From NCBI GenBank assembly GCA_031400935.1, contig JANNQV010000020.1, positions 62,001 through 114,450 of the forward strand: a DNA stretch of 52,450 bases, written 5' to 3'. Position numbers and translations under genes: made by a program. The notes beneath the pieces were generated by a model. It did no database searches and was not told the origin of the DNA. It saw nothing but the letters and a program-made list of their open reading frames with translations. Position 1 is the first letter of the stretch; each line of letters begins with the position of its first letter. Positions 9,671 to 17,703 of the stretch are shown piece by piece. The stretch comes from Armatimonadota bacterium. Its GTDB lineage: Bacteria; Armatimonadota; Fimbriimonadia; Fimbriimonadales; Fimbriimonadaceae.

Positions 9671-9756
9671 TTGGATATTCTACTCGGAAGGAGTAGACGG
9701 AAGTGTATGGGTTTGGGAAAATTCCTCCTCTAGTGAACGAACCCACAGGGTAACGA

Positions 9757-10320
9757 TTCCCTCCCCCTTGAGCGAAGCCATGGGGGAGGGCTAGGGTGGG
9801 GGCTCTTCTTCGTCCTCTTCAAAGTCCGAATCCTTCCACCATGGCTTAGACTTCTTCCTCAAATCAACAAACAATTGAATCTCTCGAATCCAATGCTCCT
9901 CTCTGTTCTCGAACTCGCCAAGTGGAATTCGAAGAGTCTGAATTCCCATTTCCAACAATGCTTCATCTCGTTTCCTATCTGCTAGTGGTTCATGAAGCGG
10001 ACCGTTCAATTCAATGCACAGTCGAGCTTCCAAAACATAGAAATCGAGGATGAAATTTCCGGAGGGGAATTGCCGTCTTACCTTGAACCCGAGAGCGTTG
10101 CCTCTGAGTCTGCTCCAAAGAACACGCTCACCTCGCGTCATTCCTGTTCGAAGTTTTCGGGCAAGGTCTCTGCGGTCTTTGTCAGTACTGCGGACAAAGC
10201 GCATGAAACTAAGTTCGTTGTTCTTTTGAGGGATTCCTTTTCCCCCACCCTAACCCTCCCCCGTGGCTCAAATCTCGGGCGCTCAAATATCCTGCGTAAG
10301 TTCGCTCACGGGGGAGGGAA
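9757..10320. mobile_element. Putative element: DUF559 nuclease gene flanked by hairpin-containing inverted repeats
   Basis: Arm 9757-9802 matches reverse complement of 10242-10320 at 43/46 positions apart from a 33-nt insertion in the right arm's loop. Confidence 0.6.
9791..10204 (-). CDS. DUF559 / Vsr-like endonuclease domain protein
   Basis: [60 protein letters not shown] follow the DUF559 pattern (ExDG appears as ELNG). Confidence 0.88.
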   Translation of the reverse strand: MRFVRSTDKDRRDLARKLRTGMTRGERVLWSRLRGNALGFKVRRQFPSGNFILDFYVLEARLCIELNGPLHEPLADRKRDEALLEMGIQTLRIPLGEFENREEHWIREIQLFVDLRKKSKPWWKDSDFEEDEEEPPP

Positions 10321-11059
10321 CATTGGGGCTTGAGTCGGATTGCGCCTCAGCCAACTGGTCTCGCACGCTGGATTTAGCACTTTCTTCCAAAGTCTCTTCA
10401 ACCGCACCAGTCAGCTTATCCGCGAGTTTTTCAGCCGAATTTTTTGCAGAACGAACTCCGCCTGTCAAAAACCACGAACTGAGTCCGACCAATCCCGCCA
10501 AGACACCAATTCCCGCACCAACCAATCCCTTGGAAATTAAGACAGGTCCAAATATCGCACCGAACATCGCCGATTGGAATCCAAACACGATCGGCATAAC
10601 GGGAAAAGAATCAACTTTGACTTTCGTCCGGCCGCTTCGCGAAGTCACAGAGACCTGGGCTGTGCCCATCCCGACCTGAACTTTGGCAGTCAGGGTTCGC
10701 CCGACTTGCGCAGGAAGCATTTGGCTGTTGCCTTGCGGCAATTGTGCCGACACTAGGTCAAAATCATTCGGATCAAGTTCGCCGTCAATGACTCGCTCGA
10801 TTTCGGTTTTGAGCGCAAACCAACTTCGCTTTTCAGGTTCAAGTTTTCGAACTTCTACTAAAGCCTTCTGCAGAGCTGAAATCGAAATCCCCATTTCGCC
10901 CGCAATGCGTTCAAGCTCTTCTCGCGTAACGCCTGGGGTGTACTCTTGGTTGCCCGTAGTTTCCTGAAGCTCGACTGCCCGGCGCATGATTTTGCCTACC
11001 TCGGCTTCGCTATAGATTTCCCTTCGGTTCGGCATTACTGATTGTAACCTAGTTGTCAA
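10283..11059 (-). CDS. Hypothetical membrane protein (two C-terminal TM helices)
   Basis: 258-aa ORF overlapping the nhaA stop; YSEAEVGKIMRRA / ELERIAGEMGIS helical N-domain; start may be ATG 11035; last residues are encoded by the repeat arm. Confidence 0.7.
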   Translation of the reverse strand: MTTRLQSVMPNRREIYSEAEVGKIMRRAVELQETTGNQEYTPGVTREELERIAGEMGISISALQKALVEVRKLEPEKRSWFALKTEIERVIDGELDPNDFDLVSAQLPQGNSQMLPAQVGRTLTAKVQVGMGTAQVSVTSRSGRTKVKVDSFPVMPIVFGFQSAMFGAIFGPVLISKGLVGAGIGVLAGLVGLSSWFLTGGVRSAKNSAEKLADKLTGAVEETLEESAKSSVRDQLAEAQSDSSPNVPSPVSELTQDI

Positions 11060-12263
11060 CCGAATTCGATTTCAATTGCTGATCGCTTCGTGAGCAGGCT
11101 TTAAGCCAAATGAATCCTACAATCGCAGAAACCAGAGAGCCAAGAAGAATTCCAATTTTCGCTAAAGGCAGTGCTTCGGAACCTGAAATAGCCAATTCCG
11201 CGATGAAAAGCGACATTGTGAATCCGATTCCCGCCAAGAAACTCATTCCTGCGATTTGAGCCCAGGACACCTTATCCGGAAGCTGGCCGAAATTTAACTT
11301 CGAGGCAAACCAACTGAATCCGAAGATTCCAAGAGGCTTTCCGACGAAAAGGCCGAGTAGGATTCCAAGAGGAACACTTTGCTGAAGAGTCGAAACGGTA
11401 GTGCCGTGGAAAGCGACGCCGGCATTGGCAAGTGCGAAAATTGGCACGATTCCAAAGGCAACCCAAGGATGGAGTATGTGGATGAGGCGGTCTATGGGGG
11501 ATTTCGTGGAACAGGATTCATCCTGTTTTTGCGAAGCAACAGGAATCAAAAGCCCAACGAGTACCCCAGCTACCGTCGCATGAACACCAGAGTTCAAAAA
11601 GCACCACCAAACCGCAACACCAGTTAACAAATAAACGAAGAGCGCTTTAATGCCAATTCGCTTTGCAACCACCAACCCTCCCAGCAATATTCCTGCCACG
11701 CCCAGCCATTCCCAATCAAGACTCGAAGAGTAGAAAACCGCAATAACTAAGATCGCCCCAAGGTCATCCACGATCGCTAAAGCAGTTAGAAACACTTTTA
11801 GGCCGATTGGGATGCGGGAACCTAGCAGCGCAAGAATTCCAAGGGAAAACGCAATGTCGGTTGCCATAGGAATTCCCCACCCTCGCACAAACGGTGTTCC
11901 GCGATTGAACGCAAAGTAGATAAGCGCGGGAACGATCATTCCGCCAATTGCGGCAGCGATGGGCATCGCAGCTTTCTTGAAAGTTGATAGCTCTCCTTGA
12001 ACCAGCTCCCGCTTTATCTCAGCCCCGGCAACCAAGAAAAAAATCGCCATAAGACCATCATTGATCCAATGCAGCAGGTTCAAATGGGTACCTGGAAGGG
12101 AGAGGTCGGTTTGCAAAAACGCAACAAAATTGTCTACCCAAGGGGAATTGGCCAAAACCAAGGCAATGGCTGTCGCCAAAATGAGAACGACTCCGCCAGC
12201 CGATTCAAGTTCAAAAAACTCGGTGAACGAGGCTCGTAGCCGTTTTCGAATTCCTCCGCGCAT
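11049..12263 (-). CDS. nhaA: Na+/H+ antiporter NhaA
   Basis: WINDGLMAIFF, EIKRE, GWGIPMATDIAF, LAIVDDLGAI, GKPLGI, GIGFTMSLFI. Confidence 0.96.
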   Translation of the reverse strand: MRGGIRKRLRASFTEFFELESAGGVVLILATAIALVLANSPWVDNFVAFLQTDLSLPGTHLNLLHWINDGLMAIFFLVAGAEIKRELVQGELSTFKKAAMPIAAAIGGMIVPALIYFAFNRGTPFVRGWGIPMATDIAFSLGILALLGSRIPIGLKVFLTALAIVDDLGAILVIAVFYSSSLDWEWLGVAGILLGGLVVAKRIGIKALFVYLLTGVAVWWCFLNSGVHATVAGVLVGLLIPVASQKQDESCSTKSPIDRLIHILHPWVAFGIVPIFALANAGVAFHGTTVSTLQQSVPLGILLGLFVGKPLGIFGFSWFASKLNFGQLPDKVSWAQIAGMSFLAGIGFTMSLFIAELAISGSEALPLAKIGILLGSLVSAIVGFIWLKACSRSDQQLKSNSVDN

Positions 12264-12320
12264 GGCTCAGGTTATTACGTTTGAACCTGGCGTTAGGTTG
12301 CCTTTGCAGCTAGCGAAGCC

Positions 12321-12788
12321 TCATTTTAGGGATACAGAATCAATGGAGAACTCGACGATCTTGCCAATGCCGTTCTGATTTCGAACGGCAAATGTGAGTA
12401 TCCCTTCGGCTTTTTCGAACGAAGCATTAAAGGTGTAACGACTCGTGGTAACTCCGTTGTTATAGCTGGAATTGAACCCAGTTGCATTGCCAATGGCCTC
12501 AAATTTGCCGAGCCTGTCCCTGTAGGCCGCCATCGCAACCTTAAATTGATCTAATTGAATACCTGAGAAGATAGAGGCATCAAAGTAGTTTGCGACAGAG
12601 TCGAATTCGTAGTTTGAGTCGCTCATTTTTGTCATCACTTCGGATGCAAAAGGAGCTTTGCTTTGAGCGGATTCCATTCCGGTCTTAAAGAAGAAATATC
12701 CTCCGCCAACTACGCCCCCGCAACAGAGAAGCATGAATGCAGCGATTCCACCAAGAATCCAGGGGAGTTTTGATTTGCCTTGTGCCAT
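12321..12788 (-). CDS. Hypothetical membrane-anchored protein
   Basis: N-terminal TM with LLCCGG motif followed by a small soluble domain; co-oriented with tyrS and nhaA. Confidence 0.7.
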   Translation of the reverse strand: MAQGKSKLPWILGGIAAFMLLCCGGVVGGGYFFFKTGMESAQSKAPFASEVMTKMSDSNYEFDSVANYFDASIFSGIQLDQFKVAMAAYRDRLGKFEAIGNATGFNSSYNNGVTTSRYTFNASFEKAEGILTFAVRNQNGIGKIVEFSIDSVSLK

Positions 12789-12866
12789 TTGATTCCTTTC
12801 AATTGCGAACTTTGAATTGCTTTATCTTACTGAGTTTTGAGCACATTTGCCTCAATTACAAAAGAA

Positions 12867-14063
12867 CTACACTAGCTTGCGAAACTGATGCTTCCCGACC
12901 TTCAAAACCTTACCTTTTAGGTCGTCGAGCGACAGTTTGACAAACGAATCTTCAACCTTCAACCCATCTAAAGAAACTGCCCCAGCTTTGATCAGGTCTC
13001 TTGCTGCACCGTTTGACTTAGCCATTCCAAGGGTGCCGATCAAATTTGCAAGCGGAACCAAACCGTCAACAACCAAATCGGCTGGAACCTGGGCTTCTTC
13101 TGCTTCAACAGGCTGCTCTCGCTTGCTGAAAGTCGTGACAAAATACTCGTTTGCGTCTTCAGCAGCTTCAATCGAATGGTAAAGGGCGACAATTTCCCTT
13201 GCCAAACGCATCTTGGCATCCCGTGGGTTCTTGACTTCACCAAGCATTTCCCGAACCTCATTCATCGGAACATCGGTGCAAAGCTCGAACCAGTTTTCAA
13301 TAGTGGCATCAGGAATGGACATCGTCTTGCCGTACATCTCGTTGGGTGAATCCACAACCGAAATGTAGTTGCCAAGCGATTGCGACATCTTTTCTTTGCC
13401 ATCGGTGCCGACCAGAAGCGGGCAGAGCATTACCACTTGAGGCTCTTGTCCGTAATGGCCTTGTAAATCTCGCCCGACTAGGTTGTTGAACTTTTGGTCG
13501 TTTCCACCAAGCTCAATATCAGATTCCACAGCAACTGAGTCATAGCCCTGGCAGAGTGGATATAGGATTTCATGCAGGGCAATCGGACGGTGCTCATTCC
13601 AACGGTTTGTGAAGTCATCTCGCTCCATGATTCGGGCGACCGTAGTTTTTGCGGCGAGTTTGATGACTTCGGCAAACCCCATCGGTCCGAGCCAATCGCC
13701 ATTGAAGCGAATTTCGGTTCTATCGGGATCGAGAATCTTGTAAACCTGCTTGCTGACTGCCTCGACGTTTCTTTGGACTTCTTCGCGACTGAGTTGTGGA
13801 CGGGTCTTGCTCTTTCCGCTCGGGTCGCCGATCATCGCAGTGAAATCGCCAATGATAAGAACGGCGGTGTGCCCTAGCCTTTGAAAATCCCTCAGCTTCC
13901 TCAAAACTACTGCCCAGCCAAGGGTCACATGAGCGACTGTCGGGTCAACGCCAAGCTTGACCCTAAGCGGTTTGCCGCTTTTGAGCTTTTCTGCAAGATC
14001 GGCTTCAGAAATGATCTCGCTCGTCCCTCTTCGGAGTAAGGCTAGCTGTTGTTCGATGGTCAT
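12867..14063 (-). CDS. tyrS: Tyrosine--tRNA ligase with variant signature motifs
   Basis: KLGVDPT, IGDFTAMIGDPSGKSKTRP, YPLCQGYDSV, ELGGNDQKFN, C-terminal S4 domain KVGKHQF; HIGH=TLGW, KMSKS=KMSQS. Confidence 0.95.
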   Translation of the reverse strand: MTIEQQLALLRRGTSEIISEADLAEKLKSGKPLRVKLGVDPTVAHVTLGWAVVLRKLRDFQRLGHTAVLIIGDFTAMIGDPSGKSKTRPQLSREEVQRNVEAVSKQVYKILDPDRTEIRFNGDWLGPMGFAEVIKLAAKTTVARIMERDDFTNRWNEHRPIALHEILYPLCQGYDSVAVESDIELGGNDQKFNNLVGRDLQGHYGQEPQVVMLCPLLVGTDGKEKMSQSLGNYISVVDSPNEMYGKTMSIPDATIENWFELCTDVPMNEVREMLGEVKNPRDAKMRLAREIVALYHSIEAAEDANEYFVTTFSKREQPVEAEEAQVPADLVVDGLVPLANLIGTLGMAKSNGAARDLIKAGAVSLDGLKVEDSFVKLSLDDLKGKVLKVGKHQFRKLV

Positions 14064-14129
14064 GGAAGGGAGAATTGTACCGTCTGAGATCGTAGCAACC
14101 CCAATTTCAAGTTCCGCATAAAGCCCTGG

Positions 14130-15824
14130 TTACAAACTCGGCCGCAATTTCCAAAAATCGGTGCGCATCTGAATCTGTGCGCCAACTCCCAAAATCGTCC
14201 CTTCGTCATACAGCCGCCCAATTAGAGAAATGCCCCGCGGTGCCTTGTTCTTATCCACCCCGAAAGGAATGTAGAGTTGCGGATGACCGGTGAGGTTTGT
14301 GATGAAGAGCAGATAACTCCCCCGATCCCCTGCAATGATCAGATCAAAATCGCCAAGTTCCTCTTCAAATTTCTGCATGAGCAAAGTTCTTGCACGCATG
14401 GCTTGAATGTAGCCGACTCCCGTGCAAAATTGGTGATTTTTGAAAATCCCCGGCCAAGCACTGCTTGATATCGTGTCCACCCTCTTATCGCGGGTGATCT
14501 CTTCAAATGCTGCAGCCGCTTCGACGGATAGCACGTTGTCAATGCCATCCGCAGGCTGGGTGAACTTGATTGGCTTGGGATCAGCTCCAAGTTCACGAAG
14601 TAACTTCAGGGCATCGTCTGGTCCGTTACCAGTATCGTCCTTGTCGAGTGCTTTGTCGTCTGATAAATAGCCAATTTTCAGCTTCTTGAGGTCAACATCT
14701 GGGCGAAACTTGAAAGGACGATCCACAGAAGCATTGTCCCGAGGATCCGCGCCATGTATCGCAGCCAAAACCAGGGCGCAATCCTGTGCGGTACGGCAGA
14801 TCGGCCCGACTTTGTCCATGCTCCAGCTTAGTGCCATCGCTCCATGGCGACTAATTCTTCCGAAAGTCGGACGGAAACCAGTAACCCTGCACCGATGCGA
14901 AGGAGACATGATCGAGCCAAGCGTTTCCGTTCCAATCGAAAATGCCGCCAAACCCGCCGCCATACAGCTTGCGGAACCAGCAGATGATCCGCTCGAGCCT
15001 TGCGCAGTATCCCACGGATTCTTGGTTCGACCATCGAACCAATGGTCGTTCATCGCTAGGGCGCCCAGGCTGGATTTAGCAATTAACACCGCTCCAGCGT
15101 CGTCAAGCCGTTCGATGATCGCGGCATCATAATTGAGTACTTGATTACGAAAAGGCTCTGCCCCCCAAGTCGTGGGATACCCTTTGGCGGCAAATAGGTC
15201 CTTGATTACATACGGAATCCCGTGAAGCGGACCTCGGTATTTCCCTGCTTTGATTTCTTCATCCGCCTTTTTCGCCATCGCTCTTGCTCTTGTTGGAGTG
15301 ATTGAAATCACGTTCAACAGCGGAATGCCATATTGGTTGATCCGGTTCAGATACAGTTCGGTAAGTTCAATTGGTGAAATCTTCTTGTTTTTGACCAACG
15401 CCGCAAGTTCGTAAACGGGCAAAAATGCTAAATCTGCGCTTCCGCTTGGCCGCATTTCAAGCGTTCCCTTAGAAACTTTTACATCGGTCTTGTTACCTTG
15501 CTCCGCCTGTTTCCCAAATGGCACAAATGGCGTTGGAGGAGCAACTGAGTTTTCGATTTTTGTTCCCCGTACGGAGGCATATCCCGTTCTATATTCCTTA
15601 AGGTCGTTGAGTACGGCCTTTCGCTCCGCTTCCGTTAGGCTGAAGCCAATGATCTTTTCCATAGCAATTACATCTGCGACTGTAATGTCCTCAGGGTTGA
15701 TTGCAGCCTTAGTTTGAAACTCCTTTGCGCTTGCCAGAGCCGAACCAGAAAGCATTGCTGTTCCGGTTGAGGCAAGTGCGAGCCTCAGAAATCCTTGGCG
15801 AGTGAGAGAAGTGTCTAAGCCCAT
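14130..15824 (-). CDS. Amidase-signature family enzyme with Tat-like signal
   Basis: GPLHGIPYVIKDL, GSSGSSAGSA, IGTETLGSIMSPS; N-terminus LTRQGFLRLALA. Confidence 0.9.
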   Translation of the reverse strand: MGLDTSLTRQGFLRLALASTGTAMLSGSALASAKEFQTKAAINPEDITVADVIAMEKIIGFSLTEAERKAVLNDLKEYRTGYASVRGTKIENSVAPPTPFVPFGKQAEQGNKTDVKVSKGTLEMRPSGSADLAFLPVYELAALVKNKKISPIELTELYLNRINQYGIPLLNVISITPTRARAMAKKADEEIKAGKYRGPLHGIPYVIKDLFAAKGYPTTWGAEPFRNQVLNYDAAIIERLDDAGAVLIAKSSLGALAMNDHWFDGRTKNPWDTAQGSSGSSAGSASCMAAGLAAFSIGTETLGSIMSPSHRCRVTGFRPTFGRISRHGAMALSWSMDKVGPICRTAQDCALVLAAIHGADPRDNASVDRPFKFRPDVDLKKLKIGYLSDDKALDKDDTGNGPDDALKLLRELGADPKPIKFTQPADGIDNVLSVEAAAAFEEITRDKRVDTISSSAWPGIFKNHQFCTGVGYIQAMRARTLLMQKFEEELGDFDLIIAGDRGSYLLFITNLTGHPQLYIPFGVDKNKAPRGISLIGRLYDEGTILGVGAQIQMRTDFWKLRPSL

Positions 15825-15863
15825 TGGGATTCAAATTCGTCGTTGGGAAGAAAAATCCTGCTT

Positions 15864-16045
15864 TATGGGGTACAGGGTATGGGGTTTGGGGTGCGGGTTC
15901 ATTCGAATCGTTCGCGTCGCATATTGCCTCTTTATTGTCCTTTAGAGGTCTCTAGGTTGTAGTTTGGTTGGGTCCATAGCGACAACTGCGACCATAGTGC
16001 CAAGCAACGACCCAGCTCCCCATACACTAAACCCTAATCCCAAAC
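15864..16045. repeat. Inverted pair of short heptamer tandem arrays
   Basis: tatgggg-tacaggg-tatgggg-tttgggg-tgcgggt (15864-15898) and ccccata-cactaaa-ccctaat-cccaaac (16018-16045). Confidence 0.65.
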
Positions 16046-16060
16046 AGGTAAATTCTCTTC

Positions 16061-16156
16061 GGGAGCGAATGGGTGCTGGTGTGCCCTCCGGTCTTCAAAA
16101 CCGCGTATGACGTCGCAAAGGCGTTGGGTGGGTTCGATTCCTACACGCTCCCGCCA
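16061..16156 (+). tRNA. selC: tRNA-Sec (anticodon TCA)
   Basis: Anticodon loop CTTCAAA (TCA 16095-16097), 6-bp D-stem GGGTGC/GTGCCC with 4-nt TGGT loop, long variable arm, T-arm GTGGG-TTCGATT-CCTAC, G discriminator and encoded CCA; 96 nt. Confidence 0.95.
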
Positions 16157-16171
16157 GTCCTCTTTGTTTGA

Positions 16172-16308
16172 TTTTGGGAGTGCATGCGAGCATCTCGCCG
16201 CTTTAGCCAGCTTCCTAAAGACCAAAATACTTCCAACATCTTTGATAGGAAGGATTTTGGAGCAAGGAACTCTATTGAAACTTCGTCCGACCGCGCGCAC
16301 TCCCAAAA
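16172..16308. repeat. Second copy of the GGAGTGC-tagged MITE/REP-like element
   Basis: Terminal IR ttttgggagtgc (16172-16183) / gcactcccaaaa (16297-16308); 20-nt identity with 2957-2976 and shared acatctttgat downstream. Confidence 0.8.
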
Positions 16309-16388
16309 CCCTTCGGAAACCAATTTTCTCAAAAAGCGTTGAACGATTTACGGGAAATCCGTTACTATAATAAATAGGAGGGAAAATT

Positions 16389-17546
16389 GTGAATGTCCTT
16401 CGTAATCTAGTATTGATTCTTTCGGTGGGCGCGGCATTATCCGGATGCAGCCCAACACCTGAAACTCAGGCAGCAGACCTGCCGCCGCCGACTGCCCATA
16501 CGGCTCAGCTTGCCGATCTTGGCTTTTCAGTTGCCAACCCGGTTTCAAGCGGGAACGTGAAACTGATCCCCATTGTTTCGACCAGTTCTAATCCAGTTTT
16601 GGACAAAGACGTTGTCTTTTTGGCAGAAGCCAAAGAAAAAGGCTATATCGAAATCACGGAAGGCGAAATGTCCTTCAATGGCGTTCACGTCAAAAACACG
16701 AGCAAGCATCACATTTTGCTCATGGCAGGCGACCTGGTAACTGGTGGCCACCAAGACCGCGTTATTGCGCACGACATCATGATTCCGCCAGGTGAAGAAC
16801 GAGACGTTGAAGTTTTCTGCGTGGAGCAGGAACGTTCCACCGGCCCAACTGCCGTTTTCACTCCTTCTGAACAGCCAGTTCCTCACAAGGTTCGTCGCGA
16901 AGCTATGTTCGCTCAAGACAAGCAACAAAGCGTTTGGAGCTCAGTTGACTCGTACAACTCTTCTGCTGCGGCTGCACCAGCCACTCGAACTGTTCAGGGC
17001 GGGCTCAATTCCGAGCAAGTCCAGAAGCACGTTTCGGCGAACGAAGAAGAGCTTTTGTCTAAGTTGATGGCGGTGAAAAACGTAACAGGCTACGTCTTGA
17101 TCGTAGATGGAAAAATTGACATTGCAGAAGTTTTCGGAGACCCGGGGCTCTTTGAAAGAGCCGCTCCCCAGCTTTTGAAGAGCATTCTAGCTCAGCAGGC
17201 AACCAAGATTTCAACCAAACCAGATTCGTTTGCAATGGCAGGAGTCGAGGAGTTCTTGGTTTCGGCATTGACTGGGAAGCGGGAGGCGCCGTCTAGGTCA
17301 AATGACTCTGAAATTGCCATGTTTGAATCTCCGAGAGCAGGCGAAAGAAACAGGAATCTAAATCTACAAACAGAATCAGGGCGGGATCCAACGCTTCGCT
17401 CTCCTCGCGGCACAGAAACGATTGCTCCAAGCGGTGACTTTGAAGTTCGTTCCAACAAAGATATTCGAGGCTACGAACTTTACGACTCGTCGAAGAACAA
17501 GGGAGCCAAAGGCAAACTTCTTCATGGAACGTATGCAAAGCCGTAA
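16389..17546 (+). CDS. Lipoprotein with ARPP-1/DUF6569-like domain
   Basis: SD aggagg before GTG; lipobox LSGC; LLMAGDLVTGGHQDRVI..VEVFCVEQER and QQSVW motifs. Confidence 0.7.
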   Translation: MNVLRNLVLILSVGAALSGCSPTPETQAADLPPPTAHTAQLADLGFSVANPVSSGNVKLIPIVSTSSNPVLDKDVVFLAEAKEKGYIEITEGEMSFNGVHVKNTSKHHILLMAGDLVTGGHQDRVIAHDIMIPPGEERDVEVFCVEQERSTGPTAVFTPSEQPVPHKVRREAMFAQDKQQSVWSSVDSYNSSAAAAPATRTVQGGLNSEQVQKHVSANEEELLSKLMAVKNVTGYVLIVDGKIDIAEVFGDPGLFERAAPQLLKSILAQQATKISTKPDSFAMAGVEEFLVSALTGKREAPSRSNDSEIAMFESPRAGERNRNLNLQTESGRDPTLRSPRGTETIAPSGDFEVRSNKDIRGYELYDSSKNKGAKGKLLHGTYAKP

Positions 17547-17560
17547 TGTTTCGTTAAAGG

Positions 17561-17589
17561 GGAACTTCATTTAATGAAGAGTTGTTGAA
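17561..17589 (+). promoter_or_regulatory. ECF-sigma-type promoter GGAACTT-N16-GTTGAA
   Basis: GGAACTT 17561-17567 and GTTGAA 17584-17589 in intergenic DNA. Confidence 0.45.
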
Positions 17590-17593
17590 AAGA

Positions 17594-17656
17594 TCAGATT
17601 ACTCCTCCCCTCTCTTAACCCGATTCCGAAAGCAAGACGGAATCGGGTTCTTTTTT
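17594..17656 (+). ncRNA. Candidate ~60-nt small RNA with C-rich seed
   Basis: Lies between the ECF-like promoter and a strong terminator; contains ctcctcccctctc; no ATG in this stretch; 5' end is an estimate. Confidence 0.35.
17617..17656 (+). terminator. Rho-independent terminator
   Basis: Perfect 12-bp stem aacccgattccg/cggaatcgggtt, 9-nt loop, then cTTTTTT. Confidence 0.85.
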
Positions 17657-17703
17657 GGTGAGGATTGGAGTTTTTATTCTGTTTCTGATATACTCCTGTC
17701 CAC

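Noticed and set aside
9671..9756. LexA/SOS box upstream of either uvrA half
   Set aside because: No GAAC-N4-GTTC or CTGT-N8-ACAG match found here or before 17704
14130..15824. Calling the amidase gatA
   Set aside because: Has an export signal and GTETLGS instead of the GatA GSDTGGS motif, with no gatB/gatC adjacent
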